A DNA stretch of 64,000 bases from Alkalispirochaeta sp. (lineage in GTDB: Bacteria > Spirochaetota > Spirochaetia > DSM-27196 > Alkalispirochaetaceae), in contig CBDESZ010000025.1 in the NCBI GenBank assembly GCA_965242725.1, positions 64,001-128,000 on the forward strand, written 5' to 3'. A model generated the notes under the pieces. The model searched no databases and was not told where the DNA came from. It worked only from the letters and a program-made list of their open reading frames with translations. Both the position numbers and the translations under genes were made by a program. How positions within the stretch are numbered: position 1 is the stretch's first letter; each line of letters begins with the position of its first letter. Of this stretch, positions 1 to 14,500 are shown one piece after another.

Positions 1-2
1 CG

Positions 3-3000
3 GAAACCGGGACGCTTGGTACCAACGGCAGCGCAGTCCTGACCTTCAGCGATTCTGCAGATCTGTTACCAACGATGACTCACGCGGCCCTTTCATTCGA
101 TCAGGGATCCACCGCCAACGTACCGGAAATTACCATCAGAGAAACAAACGATGGTGGTGGACCCTCCAACGTAACCGCTGCCAATGATCTCCGGATACGA
201 ATTCCGGACACCCTTTCGGTCGCCTTCAATACCGGAGTTACCCCCGATATCACCGGAACCGGTTCCGGCAAGGTGAGACCGGTACCAGTTTTGAGTCGGA
301 CAAAGTCTTTTTGATCAGTCTCAATGCCGATCTTGCAGACAACGAGACGCTGATAGTCGGTAATTCAACCCAGTTGGCACTGACGACAGTCAACAGTCCA
401 AGCTCGGACTATCTGACGCTCTCTTACTCCGGGAGCGGCGGACCGTATAACATCTTTGCCAACAACTTGATCACCGTTCGTCCGGGTACTGTCAATGTCT
501 GGGACGGAAGCACAGATTCGGATTGGGGTGATCCAGACAACTGGGCGTCTGGGACGGTTCCCAATAGCTCCACCGTCAGTGTAATTATCCCGAGTGCCGG
601 GATCACGAACTTCCCCGTTCTGGATGCCGCCAGGTCGGTACTGAATCTGACCATTGGTGAGGGGGCTTCACTGGATCTCAACGGACAGACGCTAACCCTT
701 GCCGGTACGATGTATAACGACGGCACTCTTATTCTTGACGGTGTGTCTGCGGAGGTCAGCGGTATCTCTGCTTTCGATGTGGACAGCGGTACAATCGAAT
801 ATGCCGCTGCTTCCGGTGGGCCCTTTACCGGGCTCGTAACGGGCAACACCTACAACAACCTGACGATCAATTCCACACAGACATATACGCTGGACGCAGG
901 CCTGGACGTGAATGGTGACCTTACCCTTAGCGGAGGAACCCTGAACGACGGCGGGCAGACCATTTCGGTTGCCGGTGACTGGACGGGGGGCGCAGTATTT
1001 GCCGCTACCACCGGAACGGTCCAGTTTGACGGCAGCGGGACGACGGTAGTTACCGGAGTCAACACGTTCTACAACCTCACGATTGATACACCGGGCAAAG
1101 TGGTTCGTTTTACAAATGGTCAGACACAGACGGTGAGTAATGTATTCCGTGCAGCGGGGATAAATGGCAGTCTGGTACGCCTACTCAGTACCACAAGCGG
1201 TTCGCAGTGGACACTGTCCACCAACGGTACAAACGCTGACGTCAGTTTCGCGGCTGTTCAGGATAGCTTGCTTGCGGGCACTAACGATATAAATGCGTAC
1301 TCCTCGTCAAGTCTCGGGAATAATGATGACACCATTTCCCCGCGGTGGACCTTTCCCGGGGATACCTACACCTGGACTGGCGGAACCAATCGAAACTGGA
1401 ATAACGCCGGTAACTGGGACATCGGGGATGGGACACCCGGCGACGATGGCACGCCTGACGTTGTCGACTCGGCGATCGTTCCATCTGCGCCTGCAAACCA
1501 GCCACGTTTGAACGTTGCCGCTTCCGTACGGAATCTCACGGTGCAGGCTGGCGCGTCTCTTGAAATAGACGGCAATGACCTCACCGTCGCGAACACCCTC
1601 ACCAACGTGGGCACCATCATTGCCCGCGGTGACGGAACCGAGACCGTTAACGCTACCCTCAACACAGACTCCGGTATCGTCCGATACATCGGTGATAATG
1701 ACGGTGTAGCAGACTCATTCGCCACGTTGCCATGTGGTGCAGACTATTACGAGCTGCAGTTTGCCAGCACCGACGCGGGAGCGGATGCGGACAGCTGGAA
1801 TATCGGGACCGCCGTTACGACTACCTATCGTCTGTCCGCAACATCGGCGGGGTCCCTCACCTTTTCAAACGTCGGCAATTCTTTGCCACGCGCCGGTGTA
1901 ACGGGAACGGCTAACCTTACCCTCGCCACTTCGGGTGCGCTGGTCATGGAAACGACAACCCTCACCGGGGCCCTTTCCCTTACCGGGGGTGGAATACTGA
2001 CGGACAGCGGTCTACTTTCCGTGGCCGGGTCCACCACCCTGGAGGTTGGCGCGGGGAACGATATTACCCTTGATGGCACGGGTTCCGGAAACTTTCTGAC
2101 CGGTCCCGTCACGGTGTCCTCCGCACGGGATGTAACATTACGTGATCAGGACGCATTGCAGATCGGTGCCTCCACAATCAGTCAACACTTCACCGTAGTA
2201 GCCGGTGGGGATATAACAAATCCCGGGGCGGTTACTGTTACCGGGACCGCCGATTTCACCACCACCGGCGGTTCCGCCATAACCCTCGACAACGCAGGCA
2301 ACAATTTCGCCACCTTCGCGGCACGCACCACCGGGACGGTGACGGTTGCAGATGCAGGTGCTATTGAACTAGGTGGAATTGACGATGGTGCCGGGGGTTC
2401 CGCCACTACCCTGATCGTCACCGCCGGCAACGCAATCACTGATTCCGGGCCTACTCTCGTTTCTGGTGTCAGTACCTTTAACGCGACCGCAAACGGCATC
2501 ATCCTAAATGATTCAGCCAATGATTTTGGTACGGTTGTTCTAAATGGTGGAGGTGACGCAACGCTGTTGGACGTAGATGACATTGTCCTTGGTGCGACCG
2601 GCGCCGCCATGGGCAATGTCACAGTTACTGCCGGCGGTGCAATTACCCAGTCCGGAATAATCGCCGCAACCAGTCTGCTTGCCACAACAACCGTTGATGG
2701 TGGTGCATTGATCAACCTCGGCACCTCCGCCAACACGATAACCACGGTGAATCTCCAGTCCCGCAATGGGGCTAACGTCATTGATGATGCCGGTGCGATC
2801 AACTATCAGGGGGGCAGCGGGTTCGCGATTGGCACCGCCGCGAATGGAGGGGCCGGAATCCGTACAACCGGTGCGCTCTCACTTACCTCAACCGGTGCGA
2901 TAACCCAGACAGGGGAAGTCCTGGCTGGTGGCACCACCACGCTCGCCGCAGGCGCGGCGAACGATATTACCCTGACAGATACCGCCAACGATTTTGGAGT

Positions 3001-6000
3001 TATCTCTGTCACCAGCGGCAACAACGTCTCCATCACCGATGTGAATGATGTTGACATAGGAGCGGTGACAACTGCCGGAACCTTTCTTGGCACATCTCTG
3101 GGGGGAACGGGAATCACCGTTTCCGGCGCGGTGGCTTCCGGCGGGGCCACGACATTACGTTCAGATGCCATAACGATCACCACTGGAACGATAAGTGCCG
3201 CAGCAGGCGCCGGTACCGTGTATCTGCTTCCCAATACGCTTGATACGGCGATCAGCGTTGGCGGTGCAGCGGCGTTCGACTTGACCCAGGCGGAACTTAT
3301 CGGAATCACCGCCGGTCTGATAGAGATAGGGCGTGACGCCACGCCGGTGGTGACCGCCGGAGCAGCTACACTGGTCAGTGCTGCCTCGGTTGACATCGGG
3401 ACGCGAAATCTCCGGGTTTCGACACGGAACGGCAATGACATCGTTGCCGGGGCGGTGGCGGGGCACACCCTGACCACCACCGGTACCCTGACCCTCGTGG
3501 CGGACGGTGCCATTGAAGGAACCTCCGACGATGCCGTGGCGGACCTTTCCGCAGGTACACTGGTGCTCACCGCCGGAGTCGGAACCGGTGTGGGTGACGG
3601 AATTGGAGCGACAACCCCCCTTGATATCGTGGTGGGCGCCGGTGGCATTACCGCTGATACCACCGCCTCTAATGCAAACATCGATCTGGACGTGACGAGC
3701 GGTGGGCTCTCGGTGAATTTGGTTTCCGCCGGTACCGGAACGGTCTCACTGGATGTTGCCGGGGCGATCACCTCCCTCGCGACAGATGGAACGACAGACC
3801 TATCCGGTGCCACGATCTCACTTGTCGCCGGGGCTGGAGGAACCGGTGGAATTGGCGGATCAGGGTCGGAGCTGGAAGTGTCTCCCGGCACGGGAACCCT
3901 CTCCACCTCGACTGCAGCAGCTACCGTTTCGGGAGATCAGTTCATCGATGTTATTGGCAATGTCGATATCGGCCGGATAGATGCAGCGGGTGGTTCCCGC
4001 TGGGCGGTAACGCTGCGGGCCACCGGAGACATAGACGTAGCCGCTCTCGCCAACAATGACGATACCGCGGAGATCGTTGCCGGTGCTCTGGATCTAGTTT
4101 CTGACAGAGACAACAACGGTACAGGAACGATAGGCGCTACAGCGGCGATAGAAATTGATGCCGCCGGTGATGTCAGTGCCAGTAACGGGACGAGTAACGG
4201 CGGGATCGCCCTTGAGTTTCTGAGCAACACAACAATTGGGGCGATAATCGCCGGTACCGGAACGGTAACGATCTCCAGCGCGGCAGCGACCACAGTCAAC
4301 GACAGTGCAGCCAACCCCGATACCACAACCGACATCACCGCCAGCGCACTTGTTCTGGTATCGGGAGGCTCCGTCGGTGGCACCGCAGATCTGGATCTGA
4401 ACGTCGACACTATTTCGGTCAGCGCTGCGGTTGGTGCGATTGATCTGGTCAGCAACAACGTCGCAGCCACCACGATCACCTATCTCCGTGCCCGCGGAGC
4501 GACTATCGATTTCACCCACACAACTGCTGCAGACGTAACCGTCGCGGCGGGTGCGGATGCGATAGCGAGCGGGTTTGATTTTGGTGGGGGACAGTTGGAC
4601 GGTGGTGCAATCACGCTCAGCGCCCCAAATGCTGTGGTAACGGTCAACGGTGAAATTGACAGTTCCACCGGTACTGGCGGAACACTTGCCATTGACGGCG
4701 CCGTTGTAACAACCGCTCCGACCGTGGGTCTGGGAAGTATCGCGATCAGTGGCGGTGGCAACCTGGTGCTCAGCTCGCCACTCACTTTCGGTGCGACGAT
4801 AACCCTCACTTCCCGGCTGGATATCATTCTTGAGGCGGCGGTAGGGACAAGCGGCGTTGCACAGGACATCACCTTTGAAGCCGACAGCGATGACAACGGC
4901 ACCGGTGGTATTTGGATAAAGGCGACAGGCCAGGCGTTTGCTACGGGTTCTGTCACACTTCGGGGATCGTCACTGGTTGATGTCGGCGCAGCCGGTCAGG
5001 CGGTGCTGATCGACGCGGATGGTGTGCCCGCTACGGCTCAGGTTCAGGCAGGAGCAGCGGGCGGAGTAACGATCAACGGCAAGAGCTCCGGGGTCGCTGA
5101 AGAGAACGTCCAGATTGACGGGGTGATATCCGGGAACGGTGCAGTGATTATCAGTGCAGCTGCAGATCTGCTCTTTGGCGCTGCAGGCGACGTCAGTTCC
5201 GGCGGCGGTACCATTACCCTTACAGCAGATATTGATGCCGACGGCAACGGTAGTTTAACCCAGTCAGATGGCTCTGTGATCAACGCCGGTGTTGGAACGA
5301 TTACCCTGAGTGGCGCTGACGGGGTAACGATTGCACAACTGGTCAGTACCGACGCAACCTCATCGGCCGTGACGATTACCGCGGACAGTGACGGTGACAA
5401 CGCAGGTGCGGTAGTGGACGGTGGCGATACCGGGGGCGTAGATATTGACGCTGCCAGCGGTGGGGTAGTTATCACTACTGCAACGGGAATCGGAGCGGTA
5501 AACGCCCTTGAGACGACGATCGCATCTGCAGATCTGCAGAACAGTACATCCGGTGCGATACAGATAGCCGAGACCGACGGACTTGCCGTTATCCGCGCAG
5601 CTCATGCGACGGGCGGAGCAATATCCGTTTCCGCTGCAGGGCTGCTATCGGTGACGACAAACGGAGTGAGCGCCGCAGGCACTGGAAACGTAGCTCTGAC
5701 TTCCACCGGAAATGACGTGGTGATCAGCGCCGCAGTCAATGGAGGCGACGGAACGATCTCTGTTGCCGCTGGCGGTGGATCGCCACTGATCCAGCTTGGC
5801 GCCGGTCTGACAACGGTCAACCGGGATATCTTATTGAACTCCCCGGTCCAGTTGACGGGAGATGTAACGCTCAGCAGCGATCTGGGTGCGGGAGATGTCA
5901 ACGTGGCGGGAACGGTGGATGCTACCGCTCCGGGCGGACAATCACTTTCGATAAGCGCCGGGACGGGAGCGATAGACCTGCAGGGCACGGTCGGGACGAC

Positions 6001-9000
6001 AGCTCTCAGCGCCGTGACGGTGAACTCCGCAGACACCGCACGCTTTGGTAGTACTGTGACGACAACCGGTGCGCAGTCGGTTACCGCAACCACCATCCAG
6101 ACCAATGGTACCCATCTGACCAGCAACAACCCGATCACTTTCACAGGCGCTGTAGAATTACAGGCGGCAACGACGCTGGACACCCAGGCGACGGATGGAA
6201 CGACCGGGGATGTGAGTATCGGCGCGGTGACGGGAGCGGGTTTCGACCTGACGGTGGACACGGGACACTTTGCGGGCGCGGACATTTCGGTGACGAGCGT
6301 GGCGAATGTGGGCGTGCTGACGATCCGGGATGCAGGAACGGCGACGTTCACCGGGAGCGTTGGAGCCACGACGGTGGCGATCACCGATGCGACGACGGAG
6401 GTGGCCTTCCAGGATGTGGTGACGGCGGATGATCTGACGGTGCCGATCGGAAGCGGCGGGTATGCGGTCTCGCTGACCGGCGACGGCAGTGAGATCACGA
6501 ATGGGGTGACCTTCGCGAATACCGGCGCGCTGACGCTCGGCGATGCGGACACGGATACGCTGACCTTCACCGGAGGCGTGACGGCAACGGCGAACAGCAG
6601 CCGGACGGTGGCGGGAGAGATTCTCACGAGCAACACCGCGCTGACGCTGGGCGCGATCACCCTTGCCGGGGACACGACGCTGGACACCCAGGCGACGACG
6701 GGAGCGGGCGACCTTACCCTTGGCGCGGTGACGGGAGCGGGCTTCGACCTGACGGTGGATACGGGACACTTTGCCGGCGCGGACATATCGGCGACGAGTG
6801 TGGCCGGTGCGGGGGTGGTGACGATCCGGGATGCAGGAACGGCGACCTTTACCGGGAGTGTTGATGCCACGACGGTTGCGATCACCGACGCGACGACGGA
6901 GGTGGCCTTCGAGGGTGCGGTGACGGCGGATGATCTGACGGTACCGGGTACGGCGACGGCATACGCGGTCTCACTGACCGGCGACGGAAGTGAGATCACG
7001 AATGGGGTGACCTTCGCGAACACCGGCGCGTTGACGCTCGGCGAAGCCGGGGAAACCCTGACCTTCACCGGAGGCGTGACGGCGACGGCGAACAGCAGCC
7101 GGACGGTGGCGGGAACAATCCGCACGAGCAACACGGCGCTGACGCTGGGGGCGATCACCCTCGCTGGGGACACGACGCTTGACACCCAGGCGAGTGACGG
7201 GACAACCGGGGACGTGAGTATCGGCGCGGTGACGGGAGCGGGCTTCGACCTGACGGTGGATACGGGACACTTTGCGGGTGCGGATATTTCGGCGACGAGC
7301 GTGGCCGGTGCGGGCGTGGTGACGATCCGGGATGCGGGAACGGCAACATTCACGGGGAGCGTTGATGCCACGACGGTGGCGATCACCGATGCGGTGACGT
7401 TGGTAGCCTTCCAGGATGTGGTGGCGGCGGATGATCTGACGGTGCCGGGTACGGCGACGGCATACGCGGTCTCGCTGACCGGAGACGGGAGCGCGATCAC
7501 GAATGGGGTAACCTTTGCAAACACGGGCGCGTTGACGCTGGGTGATGCGGACACGGATACGCTGACCTTCACCGGAGGCGTGACGGCGACGGCGAACAGC
7601 AGCCGGACGGTGGCGGGAGAGATTCTCACGAGTAATACGGGCCTCACCCTCGGATCGATCACCCTGGGGGCGGATACGACGCTGGACACCCAGGCGACAG
7701 ATGGAACGACCGGGGATGTGAGTATCGGCGCGGTGACGGGAGCGGGTTTCGACCTGACGGTGGACACGGGACACTTTGCGGGCGCGGACATTTCGGTGAC
7801 GAGCGTGGCGAATGTGGGCGTGCTGACGATCCGGGATGCGGGAACGGCGACCTTTACCGGGAGTGTTGGAGCCACGACGGTGGCGATCACCGATGCGGTG
7901 ACGTTGGTAGCCTTCCAGGATGTGGTGACGGCGGATGATCTGACGGTGCCGATCGGAAGCGGCGGGTATGCGGTCTCGCTGACCGGCGACGGCAGTGAGA
8001 TCACGAATGGGGTGACCTTCGCGAATACCGGCGCGCTGACGCTCGGCGATGCGGACACGGATACGCTGACCTTCACCGGAGGCGTGACGGCAACGGCGAA
8101 CAGCAGCCGGACGGTGGCGGGAGAGATTCTCACGAGCAACACCGCGCTGACGCTGGGCGCGATCACCCTTGCCGGGGACACGACGCTGGACACCCAGGCG
8201 ACGACGGGAGCGGGCGACCTTACCCTTGGCGCGGTGACGGGAGCGGGCTTCGACCTGACGGTGGATACGGGACACTTTGCCGGCGCGGACATATCGGCGA
8301 CGAGTGTGGCCGGTGCGGGGGTGGTGACGATCCGGGATGCAGGAACGGCGACCTTTACCGGGAGTGTTGATGCCACGACGGTTGCGATCACCGACGCGAC
8401 GACGGAGGTGGCCTTCGAGGGTGCGGTGACGGCGGATGATCTGACGGTACCGGGTACGGCGACGGCATACGCGGTCTCACTGACCGGCGACGGAAGTGAG
8501 ATCACGAATGGGGTGACCTTCGCGAACACCGGCGCGTTGACGCTCGGCGAAGCCGGGGAAACCCTGACCTTCACCGGAGGCGTGACGGCGACGGCGAACA
8601 GCAGCCGGACGGTGGCGGGAACAATCCGCACGAGCAACACGGCGCTGACGCTGGGGGCGATCACCCTCGCTGGGGACACGACGCTTGACACCCAGGCGAG
8701 TGACGGGACAACCGGGGACGTGAGTATCGGCGCGGTGACGGGAGCGGGCTTCGACCTGACGGTGGATACGGGACACTTTGCGGGTGCGGATATTTCGGCG
8801 ACGAGCGTGGCCGGTGCGGGCGTGGTGACGATCCGGGATGCGGGAACGGCAACATTCACGGGGAGCGTTGATGCCACGACGGTGGCGATCACCGACGCGG
8901 TGACGGAGGTGGACTTTCAGGGTGCGGTGACGGCGGATGATCTGACGGTACCGGGGACGGCGACGGCATACGCGGTCTCACTGACCGGAGACGGGAGCAC

Positions 9001-12000
9001 GATCACCAACGGAGTGACCTTCGCGAATACCGGTGCGCTGACGCTCGGCGAAGCCGGGGAAACTCTGACCTTCACCGGAGGCGTGACGGCGACGGAACCT
9101 GGTACGGTGACCGTGGCGGGAACGATTTCGACCGGCGGAGCAGGCGGACAGAACGTGCAACTCGGTGATGGTGATACCGCTGTGGTCTTGCAGGGCGATA
9201 CGGCAATAAGCACCGGAGCCGCGGCTATTACGCTGGGTGGTGCAGTGGATGCCGATGCGGCGGGCAATAATCGGACGCTTACGCTGAACACAACGGGCAC
9301 AACGACGTTGAGTGGAGTCGTAGGAGGCACCGAATCGCTCCTGAGTCTCACGACCAACGCGGGAGGAACCACCGCGCTCAACGGCACGGCGGTGACGACG
9401 GCGGGGGATCAGAGCTACAACGACAATGTGACAGTCGGCGCGGGATTGACGTTGGTGACAACGGCAAACGGCGATGTGGCGTTTGGAGGAACGGTAACGG
9501 GCGCCCGGGACGTGGCGATCACCACCGATGGTACGGGAGAAGTGACACTTGGCGGTGATGTGACGGTCGGAGCGACCGCGGCTGACGCCGTACGGATTAC
9601 CGCGGCGGCGATAACTCTCGCAGTCAACAGCGATATCAGTACGGCAGCGGTGGACGGAGATATCACGTTGACCGTTGACGGACTGAATCTTGACGGGACG
9701 AACACGGTTGATGCGGGGACCGGGACGGTAACGCTGACGCCACGGACCGCCTCGTATACCGTGGAGTTTGGCGATACCGATAGCGTGTTATCGACGGACG
9801 TCTATTACAGTTCGGCGTGGAATGGTTTTACGGCGGGGTCGTTCACAGTGGGGGCGGCAGGTCACGACGGTGATATCGTGCTGACAGGCGTCGCCGGAGC
9901 GCCATATTCCCTTGATGTGATCAATGGGATTACGGGCGGAATCCGGGTTGGAGCGGACTATACGGCAAGCGACGAAGATCTCACGCTGGATGCGGGCAGC
10001 GGGGGAATTGAGATTGGGAATAATGCGGTCGCGATCAATCTCGGAACGGGAAGCCTCACGGCGGTCGATGCTCTGACCCTTACCGGTGATGCCACGATAA
10101 CGGCAAATGGAGGCGTCGACTTTCAATCGACGGTGGACGGTCCCCAGGCGGTAACGGTGAACAGCGTTGGGACAACGACCTTTGCCGATGTGATCGGATC
10201 GACAACGGCACTTGCGGCCGTCACAACGAATACCGGCGGAACGGCGAACATCAACGGCGGCGAAGTGACCACGACGGGAAACCAGGACTTTGGTGATAAC
10301 GTTGTCCTGGCCGCAGACACTACATTTACTGCGAATGCGGGGAGCGAAGTGCGCTTCCGAGGAATCCTCGGCGGCGGTGGGACGGCCCGAAGTGTGACGG
10401 TAACGACGGCGAACGCACGATTTGACGGCGCGGTAGGTGGCGCGGGGAACCTCATTTCAACGCTTGATGTAGACGGGACGACGCGGATCGACGCGGCGTC
10501 GATCACAACATCAGGTACGCAAACATACATCGGGGCGGTAACGGTGGGTTCGAATACGACGCTGAGTGCGGGAAGCTCGACGATCAACGCCGGAGCGACG
10601 ACTCTTGCCGACGGCGTGTTGCTACGACTGGGTGATGGTTCGGCGTCGACAATAAACTTTGCCTCGGTGGACAACCTGACGACGGCGAACAGCTCGAATC
10701 TCACGATCAATACGACGGGAGTGGTGACGGTGAGCGGTGCGGTGGGTGCAACGAACGCCCTCAACGCGGTGACGGTAACGCAGAGCGGGGGGACGACGTT
10801 CCAGAGTACGGTGAATGCGGCGACGGTGACGCTCACCGACACGGCGGATGGGCAGACGATCGCGTTCCAGGGGAATCTGACGGTAGGGTCCGGGATGACG
10901 ATCTCGAATGGCGGGAGTGACGCATACAACGTCTCTATTACCGGTGCTACGAATACGATCGCCGGCGACACGGACTTTCTGAATGGAGGGAGCGTCACGC
11001 TCGGTGACGGTGCCGGGGACAGTCTGACCTTTACCGGGGGGCTTGCGACGACGGGGAACGGCAGCAATCCGGGAACGGTGAACGTGGCGGGGACGGTGGC
11101 GACGGCCGGTGCGCAGATGGATATCGGGGCGTATGGAGTGAGTGCCGATGCGACATTGACGGTGGGTGCTTCGACATTGAATGCCGGAGCGGCGACGGTG
11201 GCGGATGGGGCGACGTTGACGCTGGGCGACGGCAGTGGGTCTACCATCAACGCAGGTGCGGTGGACAACACATCAACAGCGAACTCATCAAGCCTCACGA
11301 TCAATACGACGGGAGTGGTGACGGTGAGCGGTGCGGTGGGTGCAACGAACGCCCTCAACGCGGTGACGGTAACGCAGAGTGGGGGGACGACGTTCCAGAG
11401 TACGGTGGATGCGGCGACGGTGACGCTCACCGACACGGCGGATGCGGCAACGATCGCGTTCCAGGGGAATCTGACGGTGGGTTCCGGGATGACGATCTCG
11501 AATGGCGGGAGTGACGCATACAACGTCTCTATTACCGGTGCTACGAATACGATCGCCGGCGACACGGACTTTCTGAATGGAGGAAGCGCCACGCTCGGTG
11601 ACGGTGCCGGGGACAGTCTGACCTTTACCGGGGGGCTTGCGACGACGGGGAACGGCAGCAATCCGGGAACGGTGAACGTGGCGGGGACGGTGGCGACGGC
11701 CGGTACGCAGATGGACATCGGGGCGTATGGGGTGAGTGCCGATGCGACATTGACGGTTGGCGCCTCGACATTGAATGCCGGAGCGGCGACGGTGGCGGAT
11801 GGGACGACGCTGACGCTGGGCGACGGCAGTGGGTCTACCATCAACGCAGGTGCAGTGGACAACACATCAACAGCGAACTCATCAAGTCTCACGATCAATA
11901 CGACGGGAGTGGTGACGGTGAGCGGCGCGGTGGGTGCAACGAACGCCCTCAACACGGTGACGGTAACGCAGAGTGGGGGGACGACGTTCCAGAGTACGGT

Positions 12001-14500
12001 GAATGCGGCGACGGTGACGCTCACCGACACGGCGGATGCGGCAACGATTGCGTTCCAGGGGAATCTGACGGTGGGTTCCGGGATAACGATCTCGAATGGC
12101 GGGAGTGACGCATACGCCGTCTCTATTACCGGTGCTACGAATACGATCGCCGGCGACACGGACTTTCTGAATGGAGGAAGTGTCACGCTCGGTGACGGTG
12201 CCGGGGACAGTCTGACCTTTACCGGAGGCGTGACGGCGACGGCACCTGGGACGGTGACCGTGGCGGGAACGATTTCGACCGGCGGAGCAGGCGGACAGAA
12301 CGTGCAACTCGGTGATGGTGATACCGCTGTGGTCTTACAGGGCGATACGGCAATAAGCACCGGAGCCGCGGCTATTACGCTGGGTGGTGCAGTGAATGCC
12401 GATGCGGCGGGCAATAATCGGACGCTTACCCTGAACACAACGGGTACAACGACGTTGAGTGGAGTCGTAGGAGGCACCGAATCGCTCCTGAGTCTCACGA
12501 CCAACGTGGGCGGAACAACCGCGCTCAACGGCACGGCGGTGACGACGGCGGGGGATCAGAGCTACAACGACAATGTGACAGTCGGCGCGGGATTGACGTT
12601 GGTGACAACGGCAAACGGCGATGTGGCGTTTGGAGGAACGGTAACGGGCGCCCGGGACGTGGCGATCACCACCGATGGTACGGGAGAAGTGACACTTGGC
12701 GGTGATGTGACGGTCGGAGCGACCGCGGCTGACGCCGTACGGATTACCGCGGCGGCGATAACTCTCGCAGTCAACAGCGATATCAGTACGGCAGCGGTGG
12801 ACGGAGATATCACGTTGACCGTTGACGGACTGAATCTTGACGGGACGAACACGGTTGATGCGGGGACCGGGACGGTAACGCTGACGCCACGGACCGCCTC
12901 GTATACCGTGGAGTTTGGCGATACCGATAGCGTGTTATCGACGGACGTCTATTACAGTTCGGCGTGGAATGGTTTTACGGCGGGGTCGTTCACGGTGGGG
13001 GCGGCAGGTCACGACGGTGATATCGTGCTGACAGGCGTCGCCGGAGCGCCATATTCCCTTGATGTGATCAATGGGATTACGGGCGGAATCCGGGTTGGAG
13101 CGGACTATACGGCAAGCGACGAAGATCTCACGCTGGATGCGGGCAGCGGGGGAATTGAGATTGGGAATAATGCGGTCGCGATCAATCTCGGAACGGGAAG
13201 CCTCACGGCGGTCGATGCTCTGACCCTTACCGGTGATGCCACGATAACGGCAAATGGAGGCGTCGACTTTCAATCGACGGTGGACGGTCCCCAGGCGGTA
13301 ACGGTGAACAGCGTTGGGACAACGACCTTTGCCGATGTGATCGGATCGACAACGGCACTTGCGGCCGTCACAACGAATACCGGCGGAACGGCGAACATCA
13401 ACGGCGGCGAAGTGACCACGACGGGAAACCAGGACTTTGGTGATAACGTTGTCCTGGCCGCAGACACTACATTTATCGCGAATGCGGGGAGCGAAGTGCG
13501 CTTCCGGGGAACCCTCGGCGGCGGCGGAACGGCCCGAAGTGTGACGGTAACGACGGCGAACGCACGATTTGACGGCGCGGTAGGTGGCGCGGGGAACCTC
13601 ATTTCAACGCTTGATGTAGACGGGACGACGCGGATCGACGCGGCGTCGATCACAACATCAGGTACGCAAACATACATCGGGGCGGTAACGGTGGGCGCCG
13701 ATACGATATTGACCGCGACGGACTCGGCCATAGGCTTTGGCGCCGGAATTGACGGAAATACATCGGGCGGAGAGAGCCTCCAGATTGAGGCAGGAACCGC
13801 AGACATCACAATCGGCGGGACCATCGGCGCTGTCCAACCCCTCCAATCCCTGACCATATCCGGAAACGACATCGAACTTGCGGGAATCGGCGCCGACACG
13901 CCTGCAGACCCCGGCGTCGCCGGCAACGCCACGGTGACTGCCGACAATGACGGTCGTATCACCCTGCTGGGCACCAACTATCGTACCGGCGGCAATCAGA
14001 CCTATATAGATACGACCTCAGCGAACGGAATCGTTTTTCAAACCGGCGCGGACGGGTCCATCCAGGCTGCCGGCGCATCAGGCGTGACCTTCAACGGCGA
14101 TCTGTATCTCGACGCTACCGGCGTTACCGTCACACTTCTGTCGAATATGGACGTTTCCGGGCGCCTGGTGGGTTATCGGGGCAGCTGGGATATTGCCGGT
14201 CACACCATCACCGTCGGTGGCGATTTCGTCCTCTTCGGAGCTGCCTATGAACCTGATGATCTTGATTTCACTACGGCCGACAACAGGCGATTTGCGTATC
14301 CCGACCTCAGGGAAGACGCGACGGTCCTGCGATACTTCCCGGGGACGGCACCCGGAGGCGGTACATACGACAGCTCCGACGCCACATTTTCGGCGGGCAC
14401 TCCCGCCTTCGCGTTTGCCGGTAACGGCCTCGATGGTGCATCCCTCGACGTCGCGCGGAGATTTCTACGTAAACGGTCTCGATCTTACCGCCGGCGCTGA
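3..14500 (+). CDS. Giant beta-helical adhesin/surface protein, N-terminal and central part (5' end outside window; apparent frameshifts at ~276 and ~14454)
   Basis: The frame is open from position 3 (ETGTLGTNGSAVL...) through ORF 75..314, then continues as TGTSFESDKVFLISLN into ORF 311..14500 (4729 aa). G/T/A/V/D-rich beta-strand repeats, two WxGxxxxxWxxxxNW motifs, several DxDx(D/N)G-like loops, long internal duplications. Confidence 0.85.
6170..9090 (+). repeat. Intragenic tandem repeat: ~6 units of 498-504 bp forming a duplicated 1506-bp three-unit block
   Basis: ACGCT(G/T)GACACCCAGGCG (TLDTQA) recurs at ~6173, 6677, 7175, 7679, 8183 and 8681. Identical antisense ORFs 7155..7349 and 8661..8855 are offset by 1506. 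Confidence 0.95.
9070..13695 (+). repeat. Near-identical ~1.47-kb direct repeat (~9070-10546 and ~12217-13693, offset 3147 bp)
   Basis: ORF pairs 9415..9705/12562..12852 and 9788..10126/12935..13273 are identical or nearly so, with offset 3147. Confidence 0.95.
10690..12225 (+). repeat. Intragenic 594-bp (198-aa) tandem repeat, ~2.6 copies
   Basis: TCACGATCAATACGACGGGAGTGG occurs at 10701, 11295 and 11889. Confidence 0.95.

Noticed and set aside
5602..12534. Very long minus-strand ORFs (5602..8892, 10123..12534 and others)
   Set aside because: Antisense shadows of the repetitive GC-rich adhesin frame; V/P/S/A-rich with no motifs.
6170..13695. Repeats as a CRISPR array or diversity-generating retroelement template/variable pair
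   Set aside because: Units are 0.5-1.5 kb and in-frame coding with no unique spacers. No cas or reverse transcriptase gene is in the window, and differences are not evidently adenine-specific.
14440..14470. Programmed ribosomal frameshift or phase-variable tract in the giant gene (likewise in the usher at ~37021)
   Set aside because: No slippery heptamer or long homopolymer at either junction, and similar indels hit housekeeping genes.
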